Of a stretch of DNA of 64,000 nucleotides, positions 42,040 through 64,000 are shown in pieces. A program made the translations under genes and the position numbers. Every line of letters starts with the position of its first letter. Within the stretch, counting starts at the first letter, position 1. The DNA comes from the human T2T-CHM13v2.0 reference genome, Homo sapiens. Under the pieces are notes generated by a model. That model searched no databases, was not told the DNA's origin, and saw nothing but the letters and a program-made list of their open reading frames with translations. Location: NCBI RefSeq assembly GCF_009914755.1, contig NC_060947.1, one strand, 5' to 3'.

Positions 42040-42220
42040 CCTATAGCACACTTATCATGTGCCATGTGCTGTTTTGAGTGCTTTGCAAATATTAACTCGG
42101 CTAGTCTTCATACTAATCTTATGAGATAGATATTACTTCTCTAGGCACAGAGGTGGTAAGAAAATTGCTCAATTTCATATGCCTAATAAGTACAGGAGCC
42201 TGGATTTAATTTCATGCTAG
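42040..42220 (-). mobile_element. MIR fragment
   Basis: ATGAGATAGATATTA...GGCACAGAGG..TAAG motif. Confidence 0.6.
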
Positions 42221-42454
42221 AATCAGACTTTTCTGAATGTACTTATTTTTATTTTTTCTTTTTAATTTTGGCACATGTAAATGTTTTACATATTTAAACT
42301 TTAAAAATATGTATATATTTTCTACTTTTGTTTATTGAAGTAGTCTAAAACAATATAAAAATGTGGTCTAGAGGGAGACCTCAAAATATGATTTTCTTGG
42401 AGAAATAAGGACAGGAAATGTGTAAGAAGAGCCTGGGAAACTTTGTCATACCCC

Positions 42455-43000
42455 ACAATTGGGGTGAGATGATATCTCATTGTAGTTTTCATTTGCATTT
42501 CCTTGCTGATCAATGATTTTGAGCACAGTTTTAAACACCTGTTGGCCATTTATATGTCTTCTTTAGAGGAATGTCAGTTCAATCTTTTTTTTTTTTTTTT
42601 TTTTTTTGAGGCGGAGTGTCGTTCTGTCACCAAGCTGGAGTGCAGTCGCGATCTTGGCTCACTGCAACCTCTGATTCCCAGGTTCAAGCGATTCTCCTGC
42701 CTCAGCCTCCCGAGTAGCTGGGATTACAGGCGCCCACTACCACACCTGTCTAATTTCTGTATTTTTAGTAGAGACGGGGTTTCACCGTGTTGGCCAGGAT
42801 GGTCTGAATCTCCTGACTTCGTGATCCGCCTGCCTCGGCCTCCCAAAGTGCTGGGAGTACAGGTGTGAGCCACCGTGCCTGGCCGTCAGTTCAAATCTTT
42901 AATCCATTTCTGAATCAGATTATTAGATGTTTTTCTACAGAGTGGTTTGTGCTCCTTGTATATTCTGGTTATTAATCCCTAGTCCGATGAATAGTTTACA
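42455..43000 (-). mobile_element. Short L1MA fragment split by AluS (42584-42885, minus)
   Basis: Alu TSD GTCAGTTCAA(A)TC; flanks are L1 ORF2 3' sequence. Confidence 0.88.
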
Positions 43001-43659
43001 GTTTATTTAAACAGATCCTATCTGTTGTCAGTAAATAATGAAGTATTTATAAATAAAGTGATGAGTCAAGCATTTGCTTTAAACACTTCAGAAATAAACA
43101 ATCAAGCAAAAGAATAAGTGAATAAATAAATAGTAAAATTAAGTAAAAGTGGAAGAATGTAGAAGAAACAAAATGGACAAAATGTTGATAATTGTTAAAC
43201 TGGGAAATGTACCTCAGGTTTTATTTTGCTCTTTCATTCACTTTCGTCTATTTGGAAATTCCCATGATAAAAATAATCTTCTAAATGTGCTATAAGAGTC
43301 AGCACTTGTTGATTTGCCACCCATAGGAATTTTATGCTAGAAAGCAAACATAAAGACTATTCCATTTTATCCTAATCCCACCCTCCATCTGGGCTCCCTT
43401 TCTGAAGAAGTGTGAAATCACAGATAATGAGGGGTAACGAGGAATGAGAAAACAAGAGAGACAAGACACAAACTCTTCTTCCATGGTGGGCTTCTAAACC
43501 TGAAAGATCAAGCTAGGGGAAGGAGAAATTTTTAATGTAGATGAAATGTGAAGTTCTGCTAACTCTTAACTAGAAAATTTAATTACTGAAATGAGACTTC
43601 CTGTTTGGAATGAAAGTGTCTGGAAAGGCTGTGGAATCTGCCCAACATTTCATTCATGA

Positions 43660-44070
43660 GTGTCTCAGGTAAGGTTCTCTGCAAAGCAGACTCTTTAGAT
43701 TTATTGTAAAGTTCTCTTGGGCACAACATCTCTGAGGGGTGAGGAACAATAGAACAGTAGGTAGAGGAAGGACTCAAGTTGTAACGCAAGAGTAAGAAAG
43801 ACTTTAGCTATTCTGACATAAATTTATGAAACTTGGATGGCCCTTGGAAATTGTCCCAAATTGAGACAAGGCAGCTAAGCCTTTGTAACCAAAGCATCAC
43901 TGACCACTGGACTCAGCTGACCTTGGGAAATGAGTGTGGTTTTGTTCAAGGCAATTCCTTCATTGGTACTTATCTATGAGCCACCAACAGCCTACACTCC
44001 TGTCATCTAAAGGGATGAGTACCACCATCCAGAAGGGAGATTTGGAGAGTACATCACAACATTCCCCTCA
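43660..44070 (-). mobile_element. ERVL LTR16-family LTR
   Basis: AGGTTCTCTGCAAAGCAGACTCT...GGATGGCCCTT motifs. Confidence 0.55.
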
Positions 44071-44458
44071 AGGAGTCACGGGAAAAACAAGAACAAAACT
44101 ACTTTTTGAAAGATTACAGAATTCAGCTTATTTAAGATAATGACTGCGTGAATGTACATACATACAATATATATTCATGCATATATTGCTACCTGAGTAG
44201 TGAGTATATAAAATAACCTAACCTGACTAAGCTTGGTTGGAATCCTGACTCCGTTTTAATTAGTTATGTGAGATTTTCAGTTTCCCATCCAGAAAATTGG
44301 AAAGGCACACAGTGGTTTTCCACAAAAGTAGTTTTCAAGCTTCAGGGTGCATCAAATTTATCAGCAAAGCTTGTCAAAACACAGATGTCTTATTTAGCAT
44401 TTCTGGAGGTGGAGCCTGGAAGTCTGCATTTTTATCATGTATCTCAAGGAGATTTTGA

Positions 44459-44840
44459 TTATATATATATATAAATATAAATATATATATAAATATATAT
44501 AAATATAAATATATATATAAATATATATAAATATAAATATATATATAAATATATATAAATATAAATATATATATAAATATATATAAATATAAATATATAT
44601 ATAAATATATATAAATATAAATATATATATAAATATATATATAAATATATATAAATATAAATATATATATAAATATATATAAATATAAATATATATAAAT
44701 ATATATAAATATAAATATATATATAAATATATATAAATATAAATATATATATAAATATAAATATATATATAAATATATATAAATATAAATATATATATAT
44801 AAATATATATAAATATAAATATATATATAAATATATATTT
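44459..44840. repeat. Pure-AT tandem repeat with ~28-bp higher-order unit
   Basis: AAATAT+AAATATATATAT+AAATATATAT repeated about 13 times with variants. Confidence 0.92.
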
Positions 44841-44937
44841 CAGTTATATATTTCTGTTACTAATTTGGACCAATATTTAATATTCAGTGTTCTGGAAAAC
44901 ACTTTGTAAGTGGTTAACAGAATGTCATAGAACATAC

Positions 44938-45065
44938 CTCTTCCATTTCCAATACATATTTAAACGTGTGTTTTTTTCTGTCAGTGGTGAAGATAATAAA
45001 TTAGTCACCATAACATCTGACATAGCAGAATTAACTAAAATCATTTCCATAAGAGCATCAACATA
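44938..45065 (-). pseudogene. HCN-like channel unit 1, S6 exon remnant
   Basis: ttttaatttcag|...GAG|gtatgt. ALMEMIL/FCYVRCYGD*FIIFTTDRKKHTFKYVLEMEE vs HCN [40 protein letters not shown]. Confidence 0.65.
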
Positions 45066-45774
45066 CTGAAATTAAAACCCTCATGATACAATAATAATTG
45101 TGATATTAGAGACAAAAACTCTTGAAGAGTATGTACATAACAGAAGATATACTTGAATTAAAAACAAATTATACATAATAAAAATAATACTGTTTCTAAA
45201 GATAAGAAAAAACGGATAACAAAGGAACATTTCTGGAAACTCTTTGCTGGATATGGGAAAATACTGAGACTGGGAAGAACAGAGTAAAAATATTAAAAGT
45301 CAAACTAGTGTCCAAAATATCAGGTTGACTTGTCACTCTTATGGGGGAAAAAATCTTACAATAAACCATAAAATCTCAACTGAAAAATGGGTAGCATATG
45401 TTTTCTATCTTAAAGTTATGGATGATTGTTCTAAAATAGAAAGTATGTAGCACTGAAACTGATTATGTGCCTACACAAATTGCGCCAATAAGATATAATA
45501 TTGCTATTTTTAAAGTGACCGATTTTTTTTTTCTTTTTTAAATTATTTATTTATTTATTTTTATTTTTTTATTATTATTAAACTTTAAGTTTTAGGGTAC
45601 ATGTGCACAACGTGCAGGTTAGTTACATATGTATACATGTGCCATGCTGGTGCGCTACACCCACTAACTCGTCATCTAGCATTAGGTATATCTCCCAATG
45701 CTATCCCTCCCCCCTCCCCCCACCCCACAACAGTCCCCAGAGTGTGATGTTCCCCTTCCTGTGTCCATGTGTTC

Positions 45775-49598
<3,824 letters not shown>

Positions 49599-49661
49599 TA
49601 TGATGTTCGCTGGTGATTTTGCTCGTTAGTTGATGCAGTTTCTTCCTAGTCTTGATGGTCT

Positions 49662-50678
49662 TTACATTTTGGCATGATTTTGCAGCGGCTGGTACTGGTT
49701 GTTCCTTTCCATGTTTAGCGCTTCCTTTAGGAGCTCTTTTAGGGCAGGCCTGGTGGTGACAAAATCTCTCAGCATTTGCTTGTCTGTAAAGGATTTTATT
49801 TCTCCTTCACTTGTGAAGCTTAGTTTGGCTGGATATGAAATTCTGGGTTGAAAATTCTTTTCTTTAAGAATGTTGAATATTGGCCCCCACTCTCTTCTGG
49901 CTTGTAGGGTTTCTGCCGAGAGATCTGCTGTTAGTCTGATGGGCTTCCCTTTGAGGGTAACCCGACCTTTCTCTCTGGCTGCCCTTAACATTTTTTCCTT
50001 CATTTCCACTTTGGTGAATCTGACAATTATGTGTCTTGGAGTTGCTCTTCTCGAGGAGTATCTTTGTGGCATTCTCTGTATTTCCTGAATCTGAACATTG
50101 GCCTGCCTTGCTAGATTGGGGAAGTTCTCCTGGATAATATCCTGCAGAGTGTTTTCCAACTTGGTTCCATTCTCCCCATCACTTTCAGGTACACCAATCA
50201 GACGTAGATTTGGTCTTTTCACATAGTCCCATATTTCTTGGAGGCTTTGCTCATTTCTTTTTATTCTTTGTTCTCTAAACTTCCCTTCTCGCTTCATTTC
50301 ATTCATTTCATCTTCCATTGCTGATACCCTTTCTTCCAGTTGATCGCATCGGCTCCTGAGGCTTCTGCATTCTTCACGTAGTTCTCCAGCCTTGGTTTTC
50401 AGCTCCATCAGCTCCTTTAAGCACTTCTCTGTATTGGTTATTCTAGTTATACATTCTTCTAAATTTTTTTCAAAGCTTTCAACTTCTTTGCCTTTGGTTT
50501 GAATGTCCTCCCGTAGCTCAGAGTAATTTGATCGTCTGAAGCCTTCTTCTCTCAGCTCGTCAAAGTCATTCTCCATCCAGCTTTGTTCCATTGCTGGTGA
50601 GGAGCTGCATTCCTTTGGAGGAGGAGGGGCGCTCTGCGTTTGGGAGTTTCCAGTTTTTGTGTTCTGTTTTTTCCCCAT
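49662..50678 (-). CDS. L1 ORF1p, intact 338-aa frame
   Basis: MGKKQ...HAKM with REKG, ARR and YPAKLS motifs. Confidence 0.95.
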   Translation of the reverse strand: MGKKQNTKTGNSQTQSAPPPPKECSSSPAMEQSWMENDFDELREEGFRRSNYSELREDIQTKGKEVESFEKNLEECITRITNTEKCLKELMELKTKAGELREECRSLRSRCDQLEERVSAMEDEMNEMKREGKFREQRIKRNEQSLQEIWDYVKRPNLRLIGVPESDGENGTKLENTLQDIIQENFPNLARQANVQIQEIQRMPQRYSSRRATPRHIIVRFTKVEMKEKMLRAAREKGRVTLKGKPIRLTADLSAETLQARREWGPIFNILKEKNFQPRISYPAKLSFTSEGEIKSFTDKQMLRDFVTTRPALKELLKEALNMERNNQYQPLQNHAKM

Positions 50679-51126
50679 CTTTGTGGTTTTATCTACTTTT
50701 GGTCTTTGATGATGGTGATGTACAGATGGGTTTTTGGTGTGGATGTCCTTTCTGTTTGTTAGTTTTCCTTCTAACAGACAGGACCCTCTGCTGCAGGTCT
50801 GTTGGAATACCTGGCCGTGTGAGGTGTCAGTGTGCCCCTGCTGGGGGGTGCCTCCCAGTTAGGCTGCTCGGGGGTCAGGGACCCACTTGAGGAGGCAGTC
50901 TGCCCGTTCTCAGATCTCCAGCTGCGTGCTGGGAGAACCACTGCTCTCTTCAAAGCTGTCAGACAGGGGCATTTAAGTCTGCAGAGGTTACTGCTGTCTT
51001 TTTGTTTGTCTGTGCCCTGCCCCCAGAGGTGGAGCCTACAGAGGCAGGCAGGCCTCCTTGAGCTGTGGTGGGCTCCACCCAGTTCGAGCTTCCTGGCTGC
51101 TTTGTTTACCTAAGCGAGCCTGGGCA

Positions 51127-51342
51127 ATGGCGGGCGCCCCTCCCCCAGCCTCGCTGCCGCCTTGCAGTTTGATCTCAGACTGCTGTGCTAGCAATCAGCG
51201 AGACTCCGTGGGCGTAGGACCCTCCGAGCCAGGTGCGGGATATAATCTTGTGGTGCGCCGTTTTTTAAGCCGGTCGGAAAAGCGCAATATTCGGGTGGGA
51301 GTGACCCGATTTTCCAGGTGCGTCTGTCACCCCTTTCTTTGA
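51127..51342 (+). CDS. L1 ORF0 (antisense to L1), intact 71 aa
   Basis: MAGAPPPASLPPCSLISDCC...RCVCHPFL*. Confidence 0.85.
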   Translation: MAGAPPPASLPPCSLISDCCASNQRDSVGVGPSEPGAGYNLVVRRFLSRSEKRNIRVGVTRFSRCVCHPFL

Positions 51343-51577
51343 CTTGGAAAGGGAACTCCCTGACCCCTTGCGCTTCCGAAGTGAGGCAATGCCTCGCCCT
51401 GCTTCGGCTCGCGCAGGGTGCGCGCACCCACTGACCTGTGCCCACTGTCTGGCACTCCCTAGTGAGATGAACCCGGTACCTCAGATGGAAATGCAGAAAT
51501 CACCCGTCCTCTGCGTCGCTCACGCTGGGAGCTGTGGACCGGAGCTGTTCCTATTTGGCCACCTTGGCTCCTCCCCC

Positions 51578-53420
51578 ATCATGGTAGGAGCATTGTAATT
51601 TTACTCTTTTCTTTATTTTGAAACATACAACAAATTATTGTTAACTCTAGTTATCCTGTTGTGAATTCAAATACTAGATCTTACTCTTTCTATCTAACTT
51701 TATTTTTGTACCCATTAGCCATCCCCACTTCACTCTTTCCTCTTCACTAACTTTCCCAGCCTTTGGTAACCATCGTTCTACAACCATTATCTGAATGATA
51801 TAAATAAAACTGGAGGACATTATGGTAAGTCGAGTAAACCAAGCACAGAATGAAAAAAAAGCGCATGTTCTTGCTCATATGTGGAAGCTAATAAAAACAA
51901 ATTGAGCTCATGGAGACAGAGAGTAGAAGGTTTATTGATTTTTTTTTCAAAGAACCAACTTTTGGTTTTATTGATTTTCTCTATTGTTTTTCTGTTCTCT
52001 ATTTTCTTTATCTCTGTTATATTATGTATTATTTCTTTCCTTTTGCTAGTTTATCATTTTGTTTATTTTTCTTTTTCTAGTTTGTTAAATCACAAAGTTT
52101 GGTTGTTGATTTGAGATCTTTCTTGATTTTTTTTTTGAATGCAAACATGTATATCTTTTAATTTGCCCCTTACCACTGTATTTGCTGCTTCTTATAAGTG
52201 TTAGTACGTTGTGTTTTCATTTTTATTCATCTCTAAGTATTTTCTAGTTTCTCTTGTAATTTCTTCTTTAATTCACTGATTGTTTAACAGCATGTTGTTT
52301 AATTTCCACACATTTGTGATTTTCATTTTTTATTCTGTTACTGATGTTTAACTTCATCTCGTTGCAGTTGGAAGAGCTATTTTGTTGTTTCATATGTATT
52401 TAAAAAATTATCGAGACTTTATTTGTGACCTAACATATGGTGTATTCTCAAAAATGTCCCTGTGCACTTGATAAGAATGTCCTGTTGTTATTATTTTGTG
52501 TCCTGTATACCTGTTAGATTTAGCTGGTTTACTGTGTTGGCCAAGCTCTCTATTTTTAGATTTACCTTCTGTCTGTTTGTTCTTATTGACAGTGGGATAT
52601 TGACCTTTCTGACTATAATTGTAGAAATTATTGACAGTGGGATTTTGACCTTTCTGACTATAACTGTAGAAATGTGTATTTCTCCCTCCAAGTCTGTGAA
52701 TTTTTGCTTTATATATTTTGATGATCTGTTATTAAGTATGCAAGTGATTATAAGCTTTATATTTTTTGTGTTGAAACTGTTATTAATAGGTGATATCCTT
52801 CTTTGTTGCTTATATATATATTTTTTAATTTAAAGCCCATTTTATCTGATATTAGTACAGTCATCCCTGCTCTTTTTTGGTTACTCTTTGCCTGGAATAT
52901 AATTTTCCATTTTTTTCACTTTCAACCTATTAGTGTCTTTGAATCTAAAGTGAGTTTCTTTGAATCTAAAATGAATTTCTTTTTCATATATATAAATTAT
53001 GTTTTTATAATCCATTCTGCTAATCTCTGTTTTTATTTTAATGGAAAGTTTTAATCCATTTACATTTAAGTAATTACTAATAAGAAAGAGAGGGACATCC
53101 GTCATTTTGCTATTTGTTTCCTATATGCCTCATAGTTTTTCTGTCTCTAATTTCTTGCATTACTATTTCTTGTATAATTTGCTCATTTATTTATTTTGTG
53201 GATATTCTATAACTGTTTTCTTAGTAGTTACCATCAGGATTACACTTAATATTCTAAAGTTATAACACTCTAATTTGAATTTATATTAGCTTACTTTCAA
53301 TAACTTACACAAACTTGGCTTATTTTCAGCACTATCTCAACCTGTTTTAGTTATTCATGGCACAAAATTATACATTTGTGCATCGTGAATTCAAAAACTT
53401 AAACCAGTAATTATTTTTAA
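51578..53420 (-). mobile_element. L1MA 3' fragment with small inversion (51578-51930) and older L1M ORF2 5' region
   Basis: L1MA 3'UTR motifs on both strands; endonuclease-like peptides (52491-52691, 52881-53105). Confidence 0.7.
52583..52673. repeat. 45-bp tandem duplication
   Basis: TTATTGACAGTGGGAT(A/T)TTGACCTTTCTGACTATAA(T/C)TGTAGAAA x2. Confidence 0.9.
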
Positions 53421-53459
53421 TGCATTGTTCTCTTTTTTTAGCATTAAAAAACAGATTCA

Positions 53460-59110
<5,651 letters not shown>

Positions 59111-59111
59111 T

Positions 59112-59330
59112 GTTCTGATTCAATCTTGCTACTCATTATTGGTATGTTTGGTTTTCAATTTCTTCATGGTTCAATCTTGGGAGGTTGTATGTTTCCAGAA
59201 ATTTACCCAGTTCCTCTAGGTTTTCTACTTTGTGAGCATATAGCTGTTCATAATAGTCTCTGATGATCTTTTGTATTTCTGTGTTCAGTTGCAATGTCTT
59301 CCTTTTCATTTCTAATTGAGCTAATTTTGA
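59112..59330 (-). mobile_element. L1 ORF2 fragment
   Basis: [16 protein letters not shown] peptide. Confidence 0.85.
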
Positions 59331-59719
59331 CACATTTTCTATCAGATAAATGACTTTATGTAAACATTTTTAAATCTCTATTATAAAAAGTAGTGGTATA
59401 ATTAAATGAGAAGGGTTTGCAAGTTGTAGATGTATTTAGACAAGGACATTTATATTAATTTTGATCATTATGTCAGTTAGTCTCCATAAAGGAGGTTGGA
59501 AGTGAGAGGCATGTTTCTCTTGTTTTAAGAGGGGTCCTCAAGTATTTCAAAAGTATCTGCTTTTTTCAAGCTATGCTTCCCTTGGATAGTCTGACACATA
59601 CTTCTCCCCTTGTTACTATGGGAACACTGTTCCAGTTACTGATGGGAATAGATCTATCCCGCATATGTGTTGGAACAGAAAAAAAAAGGCTATGAGTCAC
59701 TGACCTATGGTGATCACTT

Positions 59720-59817
59720 TTAAATGTTCTTTGGAAAGAAACAGATCTGTGTTTAAGTGATAACTGTGTTAAATGTTCTTTGGAAAGAAACAGATCTGTG
59801 TTTAAGTGATAACTGTG
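59720..59817. repeat. Perfect 49-bp tandem duplication
   Basis: TTAAATGTTCTTTGGAAAGAAACAGATCTGTGTTTAAGTGATAACTGTG x2. Confidence 0.95.
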
Positions 59818-60094
59818 ATGCTGTGGAAACTTAACTACATTACCTTCTCCAAAATTTGGTTTTCTTTTCTGTGAATGTAGTTTAATAATACTTACGTAAT
59901 TTACAAGATTATTGTGATAATTGAACTTTAAGTGAAATATTTTACATATATTAAGTGCTAAATAAATGTAGTTTTTATCAACACCATCACCATCACTCAA
60001 GCTGCATTTCCTTATGAATGCTTGTTCAGAGCCCTCCCACCAATGAAGGGATGAAACTACAAATCAAATTGTTACATGGGAATGTTTACTACTA

Positions 60095-60780
60095 GTACAA
60101 ATTCATATGGAGGTTTTTGTGTGAATTTAGTTTTTTATTCATTTGGGTGAACACCTAGGGTGATGTTTCTGGGTCTTGTGGTAAGCTCATGTTTAGCCAT
60201 ACAAGAAATTTCTACTAAAAAAATGTTTTGAGATGCATTTAATGCATGATCATTACAGTGGCTCCACATCCTTACATTTGATATTGTCAGATAATTTTTA
60301 AGCTATTATGTTATCATATGTGTGTAGTAATATCTCATTGTGGTTTTAATTTATATTTTCCTAATGGCTAATTATGTTAAACATAATTTTATATGTTTAT
60401 TTTCCATATGCATATCTTATTTTGTAAAGTGTTTTTTTTTTTTATATCCTTTGCCCATTTTTGAAATTAGGATGTTGGGGTTTTTTGTACTATTCGATTT
60501 TAAGGATTCTTAATAAATTCTGCATACAAGTTCTTTGTCAGATTTATGACTTGAAAAGCATTTTCTCTTAGTCTGTGGCCTGTCTTTTTATTCTCCTAAC
60601 ATTATATTTTGAAAAGTGTGCATTGCTAATTTTGATAATGTCCAGTGTGTCATTTTTTTCTTTCAATGACTGAGCTATCAACGTTATATCTGATAAATTT
60701 TTGCCTAAGCCAAGTTCACAAAGGTTTCTCTTAGTTTTCTTCTAGAATTCTATGTTAAGTGTTTTTAATTAATTGGATTT
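60095..60780 (-). mobile_element. Old L1M fragment followed by a (TA/CA)-rich tract to ~60880
   Basis: TATCTCATTGTGGTTTTAATTT...CTAATGGCTAA motif. Confidence 0.7.
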
Positions 60781-60884
60781 TTTAAAAAATTGTGTATGTA
60801 TATATATGCACACACATTATATATATGTGCATATACACACATATATGTATATACAGACACAAACACATATATAATAGGTATGTA

Positions 60885-61732
<848 letters not shown>

Positions 61733-61864
61733 CTACATGTTAAACAGGAGAAAAAAGATTGTAACTACAATTAGGCAATAATTCCATTGTTCATGTTCCT
61801 TTCTATGGAGTTTATGACTAGCTTGAGGAGTCATGAAAAATGGAGAGTGAATGATGTTTAATGA

Positions 61865-61993
61865 TCCAAGTTATTAAATGCCTAAAAAGGAACCACAATG
61901 TCAGGTATGATTGCCTTCATGAATGTCCACTGCTATAAGAATAACACTTGAAGTTTATTTTTTGCATACATTTCCAAATTAATGTACCTTATC
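61865..61993 (-). pseudogene. HCN-like channel unit 1, S2-S3 linker/S3 exon remnant
   Basis: Branch point and acceptor actaatttttgatttttttccccacag|GAT; LEMYAKNKLQ...IIPDIVVPF. Confidence 0.55.
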
Positions 61994-62376
61994 CTGTGGG
62001 GAAAAAAATCAAAAATTAGTATTTTTGGAGTTCTGATCTGTCTGTTGGCATTTTTGTTCCTCACTTCTAATAAATGAACCAGTTTCACTATAATTAAAGT
62101 GTCATTTTAATAATTAATCTTTAGGTGACACAGCAAAATCAGTAATGAATTTGAGCTAGGAGAAACTCTACTTTCAAATATTAGAGGACTAATAATTAAT
62201 TTTAAATATGTTCTAGAAATCTGAAAGATATATTTCATTTGAGAGGACAAATAATGAGACGTTTAAAGTGTAGACATCACAACATAGAGCGTAATGCATC
62301 AGATAGAGGTGGCCATCGAGTCATAATATATCAGTTCTTTTCCTTGTCCAACCTTAAATTTTAAGACAGCCTTTAC

Positions 62377-62750
62377 CCCAGGGGAATGAAAGAAACAGCT
62401 CTGCCTCAATTTAGCCTAGATTTGGAAATGTATAAAAAAAGGTAGTCCAGTGTGTTTTGAATGTGACATAATGATAAATATTGTAGTTTATGGTTCCAAG
62501 AATGGAAAGCTGTGATCTAAATTAGAATCAATAACCTGCTATATTCATTAGATATCACCACTTATACATGAATATTGAAAAATGGCCATATCAAGCAATG
62601 GAGAAAGCACATTATATAAACTGTATGCTTATTGCTTCCTTAAAAATCACATCAACCATTGGTGTTATATTAGTTGGCATGGTATTCATTCATTTTATAT
62701 AGCGCTCCTCTACTATTATCTTATTTTCTTTTATTATTAAGATTCCATCT
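62377..62750 (-). pseudogene. HCN-like channel unit 1, HCN-domain/S1/S2 exon remnant
   Basis: VIF/GSNK (MFGSQK), LIWPF/SIFMYKW*YLM (IIHPYSDFRFYWDLIM), THWTTF...ELFLSFPWG (TPWIIF...DLIMNFRTG); donor G|gtaaag. Confidence 0.68.
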
Positions 62751-63399
62751 GTTTAACTAAAACACCTATAATTTATAATATTTATTTGAAAAATGCAAGA
62801 TAGATTTGGAGACAGATGGAGACTGTACAAAGAAAACTATAAGGAGAATACATAGTGGATGTGGATGAACTGACAAATAAGGACCATTCAAATTATTCAA
62901 ATCAAGGCAAAGAATCAAAGGGATGAAAGTTTGAATTCTTCCTTTACTAAAATACCTGTATATAATTTAAACATGTTGGATTAAAAATGTAATCTTCTTC
63001 TTATTTTAAAAGTAGAGATTACAAAATAATAACAGACTGAGATAATTTATTTTATTAAGGCATTACCAATACACTAAAGTATTTAGATTTGTTATAAACC
63101 AAAATAAAGTTATCTCAGAGGCTAAAATATAAAGTTGTGAAAAGTTAAAACATTTAAATATTTCAGGGGCAATCTAAAAACAATTATGAATGGAAAGAGA
63201 GAAAACTTTAACAATTATTGTGTATTGAGCTCTGTTGTTTATTGGCACTCTATTTATTTGCACAACCTTTAATCCTACAGGTTTTATTATTCCATAATTT
63301 TTTTTAATATGAAGAAAGTGAGGCTAGAAATGCTAAACAAATTCCTCAAGAGATCCTCTGATAGAAGCATTGAGTTGCAGCCTATATTGTGAGCCAGGT

Positions 63400-64000
63400 T
63401 GAAAACTGCAAAGTCCCCAGAGTGTGAGAGGAGGATAAACTGTCTCCAGGATATATACTCCCACTGGGGAACCTGGAAATCCAGGCCACAGGGGAAGGCC
63501 TTAACCCTACCCAGTGCTGTAGCTGATTTAGTGAGTGGTGGGGAGTATATGAGAAGCAGTGTCAGGACGGACTTTACATGCATTCCCAGTCTCCATCAGG
63601 GATGGATGAAAGCCATTCCTGATCCTACCTTACAAGGACCTCATGGAAATCAGCGAGCTAACTTAGGTGGTGTTCATAGACAGAGAGAAGCTCCTAACTG
63701 AGATTTGTGATACGATCTCAAGTGGGGACAAACCTCCTTGGCCAGAACCAAGGGGAGAGTGGGAAGTATGCTGCAGCCGTGGGCACAGGAGCTGGATGTT
63801 CCTGCCTTGCAGACAGACCAGAAGGGTCATGACCTGAAAGCTGTGATGACTGTTTCCTCAGGGAAAGCTTATGGCCTGGTGCAGTTTTGAGTTCTGAGTG
63901 CAGACTGTCTGGAACCTAGCGAGCTGCTGCTAGTGGAATACTATGGGGGCAAAACCTGCCTTGCCAAGTGCATGGGAGCTATGTGGGTTTTACCGCCACC
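63400..64000 (+). mobile_element. Old L1 5'UTR-like sequence, runs off window
   Basis: GC-richer CCCACTGGGGAACCTG...AATCCAG motif typical of L1PB/L1M 5' regions. Confidence 0.55.

Noticed and set aside
44938-45065. Stop-free phase-0 frame as an exon of a live gene
   Set aside because: The family match requires a frameshift, and all neighbouring exons carry multiple stops.

Overview
AT-rich primate (human-like) genomic DNA, roughly 80% transposable elements by eye: nested L1s of many ages, MaLR proviruses (MSTA, THE1D, MLT1C, MSTD/MLT1A), a HUERS-P3/LTR9 ERV, Alus, MIRs, MER33 and LTR16. It includes one full-length L1PA2 with intact ORF1 and ORF0 but a broken ORF2. I find no intact host gene, and nearly all short ORFs in the track are repeat-derived. 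The main result lies in the non-repeat islands. Read on the minus strand, they form an ordered series of splice-site-flanked, stop- and frameshift-riddled exon remnants that translate to an HCN-like cyclic-nucleotide-binding-domain channel. Unit 1 (~62.75-27.9 kb) runs HCN domain, S1-S2, S3, S4-S5, pore, S6, C-linker/CNBD. A second unit (~23.4-21.0 kb) with the same exon layout follows. This looks like an old intron-containing pseudogene with two tandem channel units. All assignments come from manual translation and recalled consensus sequences, not database searches, and repeat subfamily names are approximate.
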